Source of the DNA: the human T2T-CHM13v2.0 reference genome, Homo sapiens
Strand: one strand, 5' to 3'
Assembly: GCF_009914755.1 (NCBI RefSeq)
Contig: NC_060945.1
Length of the DNA: 64,000 nucleotides
Shown: positions 40,684 to 54,614 of the stretch, piece by piece
Layout of the letters: each line of letters begins with the position of its first letter
Numbering within the stretch: the stretch's first letter is position 1
Notes under the pieces: generated by a model
What the model was told of the DNA's origin: nothing
The model's database searches: none
Seen by the model: only the letters and a program-made list of their open reading frames with translations
Translations under genes and position numbers: made by a program

Positions 40684-40966
40684 GGCCGGGCACGGTGACT
40701 CATGCCTGTAATCCCAGCACTTTGGGAGGCCGAGGCAGGTGGACCAGGAGGTCAGGAGATCGAGACCATCCTGGTTAACACAGTGAAACCCTGTTTCTAC
40801 TAAAAATACCAAAAAAAAAAAAAAAAAGCCAGGTGTGGTGGTGCGTGCCTGTAGTCCCAGCTACTCGAGAGGCTGAGGTAGAAAAATCTCTTGAACCTGG
40901 AAGGTGGAGGTTGAGTTGAGCCAAGATTACGATTGTACTAGCCTGGGCAACAAGAGTGAATCTCTC
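40684..40966 (+). mobile_element. Alu (Sc/Y-like left arm) lacking its poly-A tail
   Basis: ggccgggcacggtg...gagatcgagaccatcctgg. Runs directly into (TC)n. Confidence 0.92.
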
Positions 40967-41042
40967 TCTGTCTCTCTCTCTCTTTCTCACTCTCTCTGTC
41001 TCTCTCTCCTCTCTCTCTCTTTCCTCTCTCTCTCTCTCTCTC
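40961..41042. repeat. (TC)n microsatellite
   Basis: About 80 bp of tctctc. Confidence 0.92.
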
Positions 41043-41109
41043 ATTCCTAGAATGTGTGAACATTAGGGTAATATTTTCCTGTCCAATTTTAGCACAATTT
41101 ACAGGATGT

Positions 41110-41418
41110 AATGGCTCCCACCTGTAATCCCAGCACTTTGGGAGGCTGAGGTGAGAGGATTACTTGAGCTCAGGAGTTCAAGATCAGCCTAGGCAACATA
41201 GTGAGACCTTGTCTCTACTAAAAACAAAAATTAAAAAAAAAAAAAAAGCCAGGTGTGGTGGTGCACACCCACAGTCCCAGCTATTTGGGAGGGTGAGGTG
41301 GGAAGATTCCTGAGCCCAGAAGATTGAAGTGGCAGTGAGCCATAATCCCACCCCTGCACTCCAGCATGGGCCACAGAGCAAGACTCTGTGACAAAAAAAG
41401 CCAAAATAAAATAAAAAA
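41110..41418 (+). mobile_element. AluJ, slightly 5'-truncated
   Basis: Begins tggctcccacctgtaatccc and has an A-rich tail. Confidence 0.9.
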
Positions 41419-42070
41419 GTTCAATCTAGGAGTAAAATAATTTTTTCTCCTTACTTTATTTCAGTAATAAAAATTCTGTAAATCTAAAATCCCAAAAAAA
41501 CAAAACCATAGAATGTTTTCAGGCATGGTATGGGCAATTTTGCATGTGTGGGGTGGCACTAAATGAGAATTCACCATGTAAAATGAATACTTGAGAAAAT
41601 ATTAGAATCAAAAGATGTTTCTGTAACTAGAGGGCAAGTTCCAGCTGCTCCCAGGCGTATCTAAATCATGCATTCTTGCTTTAGGGGATATGTGACCTTC
41701 ATATTTGCAATTTTTAAGAAATGTCTTTTCATGCTTTTCATAGTAAAATACCCTGTGTTTTTAAAATTTAATTGTGTGTAATCAGTTTCAAACTAGTATT
41801 CGTATCCTGCTTGATTAGTGTCTTTCATTTTAATCAGAGTTCAACACAAACTGGTTACATTTTTTATGTGAATATGCTAGAAAGACAAAAGCAGAGACAG
41901 TCATCTAAGGTTGTGACTAAGACTGATTGACCAATGTTATGTCTCATTAAGGTACAGTGCAAGCTGAGAAGAGTTTTAATCCAATATTTGAGAGCAGAAG
42001 CAGATTGTGGGGTTCCCCTGACATTCTTTCTTTTTCTTCCTGCACAATTATTCTCATGCCCACCGTCCTG

Positions 42071-42074
<4 letters not shown>

Positions 42075-42102
<28 letters not shown>
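42075..42102. repeat. (CA)n microsatellite
   Basis: Near-perfect AC run. Confidence 0.92.
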
Positions 42103-42105
<3 letters not shown>

Positions 42106-43507
42106 AGTACATACTCCTCTCTGTATTTTTTTTTCTTTTTACATTTCTCTGATGTGGTTATTAGTATGGAGCCAGTTTCAATCCTGACTTGGGCATGGAT
42201 ATGTTCCAAAAGTGCCTGTTATTTTTATATGATTTTGGCCGCCATTCTTTCATTCATAAATAGTTTGAGACTGAGAAAGTATAAAGAATAAGCAAAGTCT
42301 AATCCAGAAATATCACCTATCAATTGGTGTATTCCATCTTTAGCAATCTCCTTTCCAATAAGCTGCTATTTATCTGTAACTGTCCTACCTTAGATGTAAT
42401 AGTTTTTACCGTGTCCAAATATAAGGAAGAAATTAACTTGAGTAATTTTACATATGGCTCTAGTTATCTAGTGTGGGTTTCACAATGTCTTCATCTATTA
42501 ACTTTTATATCATTTTGAATGTAAGTATTCTTTTATGAAGCAATATTTTTTCAACATATAATTGGAAATTAGAATTCCATGCAACTTCATAAATGCTGAT
42601 TTAATATCAAGAACTTAATTTAGGTTAGTTAGAAAATTGAGCCTCCCGGTTGCCACACAATGCATATGGGTGTGTGTACATGGGTTTCATTTACTTTTCA
42701 GCCCTATATAATTACCTTGTTACTCTAAACTTTACACCTGAAGCACTGAGCATAAGAGACAGTCATTAACCAGAATGAGCTTGTTTCCCAAGTTCTTATA
42801 AAATTAATTATCCCCATAATTTTCTTGTTACTACTTCTAAAACTTATTAAGATATGTCTGTGTGTTTACCTCAAAATTACAATTAAATGTGAAGTTACAT
42901 GCAACCCAAGGAGTCTCTAATTTGTTTCTTTTCTAGGTGGGAGGATTTTCAAATTAAATTATGTTCTCCGTACCTTAATTTCATGTTGACAAAATCAGAA
43001 AAAAATAAGCAAATATACAACAGATGGGCAATGCTTTTGTAAGCATGGTGTTAATATTATCCAAGGAGACACTCCAGCAAACCATGTTTTTCAAATCAGT
43101 CTGTTCTGGCATAAGTTTTTAGGCAAAATGACTCATTAGCATTTAATCCAGATGGTTTTGGGCAGTGCATTTTCCTTCAGCAACTGTCAAGGTGCTGTAC
43201 TTCGAGTAAGTGACAATGGATACCCGGATTCTTCAAAGTCAAAAGAGTCAATTTTAGAATGGAGTGTAAACCGTTATTCCTAGAGTGTGTGAACATTAGG
43301 GTAATATTTTCATGTCCAATTTTAGCACAATTTTAACACCATCTCATAGTGATAAATATATGAAACATAAATTGAAATATGAAATATTTAAATCCATGTA
43401 ATACAAAGGATGCATCTAAGCATAATTTTCATAACAATATGTATATTTGAGCTCTACATGTTTTATAATTTTTTATAAAACATGAAGATATATATATATA
43501 CATATAA

Positions 43508-43827
<320 letters not shown>

Positions 43828-43941
43828 TGAGTACAGCTATCCACTTACCCTCCTTTTCAAGGTCTCATTAAATGTGAGGATTTCTGAAGTTCAATAAAGG
43901 CCACAAAAAAGTATACTAACAATGACAGTATAAAAAAATAA

Positions 43942-44233
43942 GGCCAGGTTTGGTGGTTCATGCCTGTAATCCCAGCACTTTGGGAGGCCCAAGCAGGAGG
44001 ATCACTTGAGCCCAGGCGTTCAAGACCATACTGGAGAACATAGGGAGACATCATCTCTATGAAGAATAAAGAAAAATAGCAGGGAGAGGTGGTGCACACC
44101 TGGGGTTCCAGTTACTTGGGAAGCTGACGTGGGAGGATCACTTGAGCCAGGCAGGTGGTGGCTGTAATAAACTATGATCACACCACTCTACTCCAACCTG
44201 GGCAAAAGAAGGAGACCTTGTCTCAAAATAAAA
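43942..44233 (+). mobile_element. AluJ
   Basis: ggccaggtttggtggttcatgcctgtaatccc, with J-type gaggatcacttgagccc. Confidence 0.92.
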
Positions 44234-44924
44234 CAGATATGTATCAGGCAAAGGTTGTTTGCAAGTAAAAAAAATCATATCTACATACCAATTTAAGCAA
44301 AAATAATTTACTACAGAGAATTTGGTAAACACAAAGATTGTTAGAAAGTCTAAAATAGCAGGCTTTATGTTCGCGTCAAGTAATGAGTCCCCAGACTATA
44401 ATTGAATCCAGCATAATAACTGTTGCCTGTTGACCCCAGGAACACAATTCCTACAATCTAAGGATTAGAAGATCATCATCAGAACTGGGGTCTTTAGAGC
44501 AAGATCATCTATGCTACAATTCTCACCAGCAAAATGAATTTCATGATTACCCAGCCTGTCTTTCTGCATTCAACTCACTTTTGAATATAATTTGTGGAAC
44601 CCAATTTGCAAGGGAATTTAGGAAATTTAGGTTTTAATTTGTTTTGCTTTTAACTTTCCAGCCTCTTCAGTGGAGGGAGGCATAGTAAAAGAGTATTGGG
44701 TTACATGACCACTGAGTTAATTTTCCATTGCTCTCACAGGCTGCTGAAAGTGGTATTTAGAATATTTCAGAAAAATGGAAATTAACAAGGATCAGATCAA
44801 CTGATGAGCTACAGCAGAGCCCAGCACAACACACCAAAGACAGAGTAATTCTTTACTAGGTAGAAACAGAAAACATTAACTGAAGAGTGCTCATATAAAA
44901 TGGGAAACTTAATTGTAAATGGGT

Positions 44925-47900
44925 ATGCTTTCGACCTCTCCACTGACCAGTTATCCCCCTTATCTATTCCGTCTCCTCAAGTATTTATATTCTCTATTCC
45001 CTGAGACACAATATTTAAATTAGGCCAATTAATAACTCCACAATAGCCTCTAAATGTTCAAGTGAAGGGAGGAATCACATGTCTCCCACTTTAAATCAAA
45101 AGCTGGAAATGACTAAGCCAAGTGAGGTGGGCATGTTGAAAGCTGAGATAAGGTGAAAGTTAGGCTTTTTTTTTTTTTTTTTTTTTTTGCCAATCGCCAA
45201 GTTGTGAATGCAAATAAAAAGGTCCTGAAGTAAATTGAGTGTGCTGCTCCAATGAACACACAAGTAATAAGAAAGTGAAACTGCCTTATTGCTGGTAGAG
45301 GGAAAGTTTGGTGGTCTGGAGAAAAGATTAAACTAGGCTCAACATTCCCTTAACCAAAAAGGTGATGAAGCTGTAGAAGAAAAGTCTGAAGCTTGTTAAG
45401 ATTAGTTCAGGAGATTTCATCAAGGAAGCTATCTCTATAACCTAAAAGTGCAAGGTGAGACAGCAATGCTAAAGTAGAAGTTGCAGCAAAGTCATCCAGA
45501 ATATCTAGCTAAGATAATTGATAGAGGTAGATATCCTAATCAACAGATTTTCAAAGTAGATAAAACAGCTTTCTGTTGGAAGAAGATGCCATCTAGGACT
45601 TCCATAGCTAGAAGAGAGAATTCAGTGCCTGGCTTTAAAGCTTCAAAGGACTGGATGACTCTCTTGTTAGAGGCTACTGCACCTGCTGACTTTAAATGGA
45701 ATCCAATGCTCATTTACCATTCTGGATATCTTAGTACCCTTAAGAATTACACCAATTGCCTCTGCCTGTGCTCTAGAAATGGAATACAAAAAAGCCTGGA
45801 TGGCAGCATGTCTGTTTACAGCATGTTTTACTAAGTTTTTTAAGCCTACAATTGAGAACTCTTACTCATTCAAAAAGATTTCTTTCGAAATATTACTGCT
45901 CATTGACAATGCACTTTGTCACCTATGAGATCTGATCAAGAAATACACGAAGATTAATGCTTTCATACCTGCAAATACAACATCTGTTTTGCAGCCCATG
46001 GATCAAGGAGTAATTTCAACTTTCAAGTCTCAGTTTTATGAAATACATTTCATAAGGCTATAGCTGCATTCAATAGTGAGTTCTTTAGGAGATCTAGGCA
46101 GAGCAAACTGAAAACCTTCTGAAAAAGAATTGCCATTTTGGATGCCATTCAGAATATTCCTGATTCATGAAAGGAAGTGAAGATATAAACGTTAACACTG
46201 TTTTGGAGGAAGTTGATTCCAAACCTCCTGGATGACTTTGAGGAATTCAAGACTTAAGTGAAGAAAGTAACTGCAGATATTGTGGAAATAACAAAACACT
46301 CAAATTAAAAGAGAAGCCTTAAGATGTGACTGAGTTGCTATAACTTTATGATCAAATGTAAATGCATGAGTTTTTTTTTTTCTTATGAATGAGCAAACAA
46401 AGTGGTTTCTTCAGATGGAATCTACTCCTGGCAAAGATGTTGTGAACTTTCTCAAAATGACAATAAATAATTTAGAGTATTACATAAGCTTACTTGATAA
46501 AACAATAGCAGGGTTTCAAATTGACTCCAATTTTGACAAAAGTTCTCCTGTGAGTAAAATGTTATCACACATTATTGCCCACTACAGATAAATCGTTTGT
46601 GAAAAAAAAAAAAAGTAAACCCATGAGGCTGATTTAATTGTCTTATTTAAGAAACTGCCACAGTCACTCCAATCTTCAGCAACGATACTCTGATCAGTAA
46701 GAATCCATCACCATAGAGGCACAATCCTCCAACAGACAAAAGAATATGACTTGCTGAAGGCTCAGATGATGGCTAGCATTTTCATCAATAATGTACCTTT
46801 TTATTAAGACCTTTATATTGTTTTTAGATATAATGCTATTGCACACTTAGTAGACTATAGAATAGTGTAAACATAACTTTTATATGCACTCAGAAAACAA
46901 AATATTTATGTGATTCATTTTATTATGATAATTACTCTATTGCAGTGATCTGGAACCAAACCCACAATATCTTCAAGGTATGTGATATAGTTTGGCTGTG
47001 TCCCCAACAAAATTTCATCTTGAGTCGTAGTTCCCATAATCCCCATGTGTCAAAGGCAGGACCAGGTGGAGGTAATTGAATCATGGGGTGGTTTACCCCA
47101 TGCTGTTCTCATAATAGTGAGTTCTCATGAGATCTTATGGTTTTATAAACATCTAGCATTTCCCCTGCTGGCACTCATTATCTCTCCTCTGCCCTGTGAA
47201 GAGGTGCCTTCTTCAGATTGCAAGTTTCCTGAGGCCTCCCCAGCAATTCAGAACTGCGAGTAAATTAAACCTCTTTCCTTTGCAAATTACCCTACATAGC
47301 AGTATGAGAATGAATTAATACACTAAATTGGTACAGGAAACAGTGGGTTGTTGCTATAAGGCTACCCAAAAATGTGGAAACAACTTTGGAACTGGGTAAT
47401 AAGCAGATGTTGGAACAGTTTGTAGAGCTCAGAAGAAGACAGGAAAATGTGGAAAAGTTTGGAACTTCCTAGAGACTTTTTAAATGGCTTTGAACGAAAT
47501 GCTGATAGTGATAGGGACAATGAAGTCCAGGCTGAGGTTGTCTCAGATAAAAATGAGAAACTTGCTGGGAACTGTAAAGGTCACTCTTGTAATGCTTTAG
47601 CAAAGAGACTGGAAGATTTCTGCTCCTGCCCTAGAGATCTGTGGAACTTTGAACTTGAGAGAGATAGTTCAGGGAATCTGGCAGAAGAAACTTCTAAGCA
47701 GCAAAGCATTCAAGACGTGACAGAGTATAAAAGTTTAGAAAATTTGCAGCCAGTCTATGCAGTGGGAAAGAAAGCTCATTTTCTCTGGAGAAACTAAAAT
47801 CTGCTGCAGAAATTCACATAATTAATTAGGACCCAAATGCTAATCACCAAGACAATAGGGAAAATATCTCTAGGGCATGTCAGAAACCTTGCAGGCAGCT

Positions 47901-49262
47901 CCTTCCATCACAGGCCCGGAGGTCTAAGAGGTAAAAATAGTTTCCTTCCTGGACCATGCCAAGGGCTCCCAGCTCTGTGCAGTCTCAAGACTTGGTTCCC
48001 TGTGTCCCAGCTACTTCAGCTCCAGCCATGGCTAAAAGAGGCAAAAGTACAGCTCAGGGCATTACTTTAGAGGATGCAAGCCCCAAAACATGGCAGCTTC
48101 CATGTGATGTTGAGCCTGTGGGTGCATTGAAGTCAAGAATTGAGGTTTGAAAACACCACCTACATTTCAGAGGATGTATGGAAATGCCTGGATGTCCAGG
48201 CAGAAGGTTGCTGCAGGGGTGGAGCCCTCATGGAGACTCTCTGCTAGGGCAGTGCAGAAGGGAAATGTGGGGTTGGAACCCCCACATAGTGTCCCCACTG
48301 GGGCACTGCCTACAGGAGCTGTGAGAAGAGGGCCATTGTCTTCCAGACCCTAAAATGGTAGATCCACTGACGGCTTAACACCATGCAACTGGAAAAGCCA
48401 CAGGAACTCAATGCCAGCCTGGAAAAGCAGCCAGGAGGGGAGCTGTAACCTGCAAAGCCACAGGGGCAGAGCTGTCCAAGGCCATGGGAGCCCACCTCTT
48501 GCATCAGCGTTACCTGGATATGTAATGCTGGAATCATGGAGTCAAAGGAGATTATTTTGGAACTTTAATGTTTAATGACTGCCCTACTGGATTTTGGACT
48601 TGCATGGGACTTGTAGCCTCTGTGTTTTGGCCAATTTCTCCCATTTGGAATGGGTGTATTTACTCCATGCCTGACCTCCATTGTATCTAAGAAATAACTA
48701 AGTTTGCTATTGATTTTACAGGCTCGTAGGTGGAAGGGCCTTGCCTTATTTCAGATGAGACTTTGGACTTGGAAATTTGGGTTAATGCTGGAATGAGCTA
48801 AGAGTTTGGGAGAATGTTGGGAAGGCATGATTGTATTTGAAATGTGAAATGGAGGTGAAATTTGGGAGGGGCTAGGGGAAGAATGATATGGTTTGGCTGT
48901 GTCCCCACCCAAATCTCATCTTGAATTACTGGGATTAGTTCCCATAATCCCCACAAGCCAAGAGCAGGTTTAAGTAAAGGTAATTGAATCATGGGGCTGC
49001 TTTCCCTCATGCTGTTCTCCTGATAGTGAGTGAGTTCTCATGAGATCTGATTTTTTTAAGTGTCTGGCATTTCCCCTGCTGGCATTTATTCTCTCTCCTG
49101 CTGCCCTGTGAATAGGTCCCTTCTGTCATGATTGGAAGTTTCCTGAGGCTTTCCCAATAATGCAGAACTGTGAGTCAATTAAACCTTTTTCCTTTTCAAA
49201 TTACCTATTCTCAAGTATTTCTTCATAGCAGCATGAAAACGGACTAATACAGTATGTCTGTA
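44925..49262 (+). mobile_element. Tigger1 (TcMar/pogo) DNA transposon, 5'-truncated, right TIR split by THE1D
   Basis: Transposase remnant [18 protein letters not shown] (45481..45834). The end reads caatatcttcaaggtatg | THE1 | gtatgtctg, then TA at 49261-49262. Confidence 0.9.
46983..49251 (+). mobile_element. Full-length THE1D-like MaLR element
   Basis: LTRs at 46983-47322 and 48884-49251, polypurine tract before the 3' LTR, perfect TSD GTATG at 46978-46982 and 49252-49256. Confidence 0.95.
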
Positions 49263-50029
49263 TAAAAAAAATTAATAAAAGATTCAAAAGCAAGACCCAG
49301 ATGCTAACTTAATCATCCTTTATGAGACGGGGTTTAGTACTTACTGACAAAACTTTATATGTTAAGAAATAGAAGAATAGTTGTTAAAGAAGCAATAAAA
49401 ACTAATACCATTAACATAGGTCACTTCTGTGAATTGAGATTAAAGGTATAGTGAAGAAAGGAAATGATTTAGTTTTCATGTGTATGTTGTGTATTATTTA
49501 TAAATTAGAATAATCTGAAACTGTTTCCACTGACCTCCCAGTTATTCACTTTTTTTTTTTGCCAAACATATGAGAAGTGGATTTTTTCATTCAACTGACT
49601 CTATCCATAGGGAGGAGAAGCACAAATATTTCAGCAATTACTTGATCCTATACTTAGATCCTATACTTAGTTTTGGTCTACTCGTTTACACGAAGTGAGT
49701 ATATCCATTACTTGAATTTGGTAACTACTTCTCTGTGGATGAGTCCCCTAGTCTCTAGTGTAGTTCAGTGTCTTCTCCTAAACTTCAGACTCAGTACAGA
49801 GCTCATCTCATCTTTACTTGAGGAACTCACAGTCATCTTAAACTCATATCCAATACTGACTATCTAAGTTGTTGGAATCATCGGTGAACTAAAAGAATAA
49901 TTAGTCTTAGTTGGTAGTTCTCCCATACAAATAAACCTTTAAGTTCTTTTTATTTAATTTTTCCATGCAAATATTTAACATTGTCTTCTATATATTTTAA
50001 TTCATTGTTTTATTTTAGCCTTTCATCTT

Positions 50030-50650
50030 TTCTGATCTAGACTCCTACTTATCATCTCCTCCCATATCCTCTGCTCTCAGACATATTTACAACATGGCCA
50101 CCAGAGATCTACCTAAAAATAAAATCCAAGTATGCTTATTCTTTGCTGGAAAGCATTCAATGGCTCCCCTTAACCTAGAATTTATAGGTGAAAGCCATAC
50201 TGCAATGATTATGTGACCCTCCATGTTATCTGTGTCTTCAAACCTTTTTAAACTTCCTCCGTTGTATTTTCTGTTTGGACAATTTTGAATAACTTACCCT
50301 ATCCTACTATCCTACATATATGCAAATACCACATTGTTTCTTTTTTCCACACCTATGTTATCTTCTCACTGTCCTGTTCCTTAGGCTCTTAACCTGCTCT
50401 CAAGTGGTCTGTATGACTTGTTGTCCATGGCTGGTGATGTACACTTTCTAAATACTCACATCCACATATGACCATGTGTACTTAGTACACATTTTACTTT
50501 CCAGTTTGTCTTAGAATAATCTTTTCTGTGGATCTATTTTTCAACCAGATTGCTGACTTCTTGGTGTCTGCATATATGTCTTGATTACTCTCATCTTGTT
50601 AACAACATCAAATCAATATCAATAATTAAATAATTATTTAATGAACAAAT
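50030..50650 (+). mobile_element. L2 3' fragment
   Basis: gccaccagagatctacctaaaaataaaatc...ttcaatggctcccc, ending in an aatgaacaaat-like tail. Confidence 0.6.
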
Positions 50651-51469
50651 GGCCCATTGGTGGTTCTGTTATTAATGGCACAAAATAACTCTTACATGTC
50701 AGAAGGGATGTTCTTAAACTGTCAGTACTTCTAAGCACTTAAATGAACACCTTTAAAAATAATCATAGCTAAGTGTATTGCATGGAAATTATTTTTAAGA
50801 GATTGAAAATGATAACTGGAATATTTAATGCAGAGGAGGGTAAATAAGAAACTTTTTTTCTCATTTTGTGGGTTGCTCCAGTCGTAAGAAAACTGTTTTT
50901 TTGAGCAGGTGCCTCCAGTTGTTAGTCTGCAGGAGGTTATTCAAAACTGGGGCACACTGGGTTAGTTTCCATGGAAGCAGAAATTAACCCCCAGGAACCT
51001 CATACGTTTTTAACACCATCCGGAGGACATCTGGTATAGCACCCATCAGAAACAACAACTGAGGCAAATTCCCACTATAAAATACAAGTAGAAGGAAGAG
51101 CAGTCACCTTCATAATCATTTCTTACACTACTATAAATCTTCCTTTGAAATGATGTATGTTTTATCAGAATATTCAGAGTAAATTGCTATAATTTAATTT
51201 TTTGAAGTATTCTTTTCCCAAATCATAAATTATCTTAATGTAAATTATTATAGACTAGTCATAAATATTTAAGATTGATAAACTTTTTGGCAAATACTTT
51301 ATCCGTGCTTTTACTCTTCACATGGATAAATTTAAAATTTTTCTTTTTTAAACATTTATATATGCCTTAGCCATATTTTTCAAGAAATGTTTCAAGAACT
51401 CAGAAAAAGATTGGACAAGGATTATACACTTGTTAGGAAAAAATTCTTTTAAGGATTATATTGAATTTA

Positions 51470-51730
51470 TTTAACAATCTCTGCCAGGCATTGTTGAAGT
51501 GTTTTGTAATACTGTCTCATTTAATACTACATATTTGTAAACATTAACTTATTTAATTCTTATAACAACCATATAAACGGAAATATTATCATCTACTCCC
51601 TTTCACAAATAAGGAAGCTCAGGCTGAGACTGATTATGACATTTTGCTATGTCAAACAGTTAAATGGTGGCAAAGTCAGAATTTTACTGGTCAGTCTGGA
51701 ACCAGAGTTCAAGCCACCTACAACTATATC
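51470..51730 (-). mobile_element. MIR
   Basis: tgccaggcattgtt...ctttcacaaataaggaagctcaggct...aaatggtggcaaagtcagaatt. Confidence 0.78.
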
Positions 51731-53864
51731 ATGTTACTTCCCTCTTGTTTTTGTCAAAGACAGGAAATGAATGTTCCAAGAAGCAAAGGACTAAGGAGGG
51801 CTGTGTGGATCTCATCTCATACAGAGATTTGAGATTTTGAAAGAATGAAAAGGACATGAATGGAATTCTTATCACAGATTCTTCCTCTTGTATTTTTTAT
51901 TGTTCTCATCTGGAATCTGGAACTTCTTAAGCTTCTCTTTCAGCCCTTTATTTCTGTGACCTTCACTGCAGTAAGATTGCCTGGTGAACCTCTACATCAT
52001 AAAGAAATAATTTCATTTAATAACCAGATCTGTAGCAAAACTGCCTCTTGCTTTCTCACATCTATTTTAACATTGACTTTGAGAAGTACAATGAAAGAAT
52101 TAAGAATTTAAGCAGAACAGTATCCTGTTGCAGACATTGTAAATGTCAATATATTGCAAAATTAAACTAAATTCAAAATAGTATTTTTCCAGCTATATCA
52201 ATTGAAATGTCCTGGGATCAATTTTATTCCATGATTCATACAAGCATCTGAATTCTTGTTTCTAATACTGTTTCCCACTAAACAGAATCACGACTCCTTA
52301 GAGAAATGGCTGATTTGATATTTGATATTTGAAAGGTAAAAGGTTAGCCTCAAACACATTGCTATGTCAGAAACCAAGACGTCTTTTAAGTATAAAAGGT
52401 TCATGTTGAAGGGCCAAGCTAAACTTACAGAAACATTGGCCAAGTAGAGACAATTTTAGATTAAAAGAATATTAAGTTTGTCTAATTTACAGTGAATATG
52501 AAAAATTATAAATAATGAAACAAAAAATACTATGTTAACCAAGTGTATTAATGAAGATGAAGAAAACAATGCATTTCCATTGAGTCTTGTTCATTAATCA
52601 TTTTGTTATCACTGACTAATTTATTTTACCAAGAAAAATGTAAAAATTAGTAAATATAAATAAAATAGTTAGAAAGCATGGTCTAACTTGACTGACTTGG
52701 AATGACCTTCTGTTTTCATGGCTGGTCATGCAAGTATCCTAAATTCAACTGGATACAGTTTTAAGTACCTTTAAGAGTTTTATTGCCCTAAGATAATAGA
52801 ATGGTGAACATTTATGAGGTTCAAATGAATTTATAATTACATATTTTAAAGCTAAGACATTCAGAACGGCAGAGTGATGATGTGGGGAGGTTGGAAGACA
52901 CCCTCCCTACTAAATAGCCATTAAGGATGTGGAAATCATAAGCAACCATTTGAAGTCTCTGTAAATGGTGCTAAGGGCATACATCAAATGGAGAAACATT
53001 TATTTAGGAAAATCTGCTCTGTCTCAGTAGAAACAATGCCGGTGGTGTTTGGCCACAACTTGTTCCCTTCAACTGCAGAGCGGTATGATGGAAGCTCTAC
53101 TTCAGCTTGGTGTAATTAAGAAGATGATCTCCTTCTCCCTATAGGTTTCATCACAGTTTGGGACTACAGTTTTATCTAGGGAGGGACAGACAGCAGAAAC
53201 TCTTATACCACCTAACCCTGTATTGCAGAAGCTGTATTTCAGCAAATCCATCGAAGAGCGGAGCACTGGTGTTCATCTCCCCTACAAAGCCCTCAAGAGT
53301 AACATAATACAAAAATACTGGACTCCAGTCACTGTGACATAGTTCACACTTTTGATGAAATTTCCAAGACTGACTAATGTTCCCTTAAAATAAGGAATAA
53401 GGCAAGGATGTCATCACTCACCACTTACGTTCAACATTTTATTAGAAGTCCTAAACATGGAAATTAGGCAAAACCATGAAATAAAAAGCCATTTAAATTG
53501 GAAAAGAAGCATTAAAATTATTTTTATTTGTATATGGAATTATAATATATATTAAAAATTACTATAGACTAACCATAAAAGTCCAAAAATGAAATTAAGA
53601 CAATAATGCCACTTGTAATAGTATGAAGAATAAAATACTTAGAAATAAATTTAACAAAACAAGCTTGATACTTTTACACTGAAAAGTAAAATTAAATATT
53701 GAAAGAAATTAAAGAAGATCTAAATAAATGGAAACACAATCCAAGTTTTGAATCAGAAAACAGTATTTTTAAGGTGGCAATATTACCAAAATCAAAAAAT
53801 CCATGTGAAAACCCTGGATTTGTTATATGACAAATTGATCCTAAAAGTCATGTGGATATGCAAG

Positions 53865-54243
53865 TGTTATGGAATAAATTTTGTTCCTCAAAATTTATAT
53901 TAATAAAGTCCAAACCACTAGTATCTCAGAATTTGACAGTGTTTAGTATTAGGGTCTTTAAAGAGGTAATGAAATTAAAATGAGGTCACCAGAGTGGGTC
54001 ATAATCTAATATAAATTATGTCCTTGTAAGAAGAGAAAAATTGAACACAGGTAGACACAGAGGGAAGACCATGTGAAGACATGGGAGAAGATGGACATCT
54101 ATAAGTCAAGGAAAGAGGCTTCAGGAGAAATTAACTCTACCAAAACCTTGATCTCAGATTTAAGTCTTCAGAATAGTGAGGAAATGTTTTTAAGCCACCT
54201 AGTTCATAGTACTTTGCTTTAGTAACCCTAGCAAATTAACACA
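53865..54243 (+). mobile_element. MLT1B-like solo LTR
   Basis: tgttatgg...gggtctttaaagaggtaat...accctagcaaattaacaca. Confidence 0.85.
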
Positions 54244-54614
54244 AAAAGAACATAGAATACCCAAAACAATCTTGAAAAAGGAAAAAAGTTGGAAGTCTCA
54301 TACTTCCAGATTTCATAACTGACTGTGAAGCTACAGTAATCAAAACAGTGTGATACTGCAATAGAATAGACATGTAAATCCATGAAATAGAACTGAAAGT
54401 ACAGAAATAAGTTCTCATATTTACAGTAAATCAATTTTTACAAAGGTGCCAAACCAGTTCTATATATAAAATATCCCTTTCAAAAAATGATGCTATGATG
54501 ACTGGATTTACACATTGAAAAGAATATGTAAGAGTCCTTCTTCACACCATACACTGAAATTTCCCAATCATATATTGGAGAAATTAAATGTAAGAGATTA
54601 AATTAAAAATTTTT

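Noticed and set aside
45481-46591. Transposase-like ORFs as a possible TIGD-type domesticated gene
   Set aside because: The catalytic-region motif is degenerate and the frame has many stops. It is an ordinary Tigger1 fossil.
49644-49670. 13-bp tandem duplication gatcctatactta, and similar short duplications at about 9401, 16781, 17938 and 35065
   Set aside because: Ordinary replication-slippage duplications.
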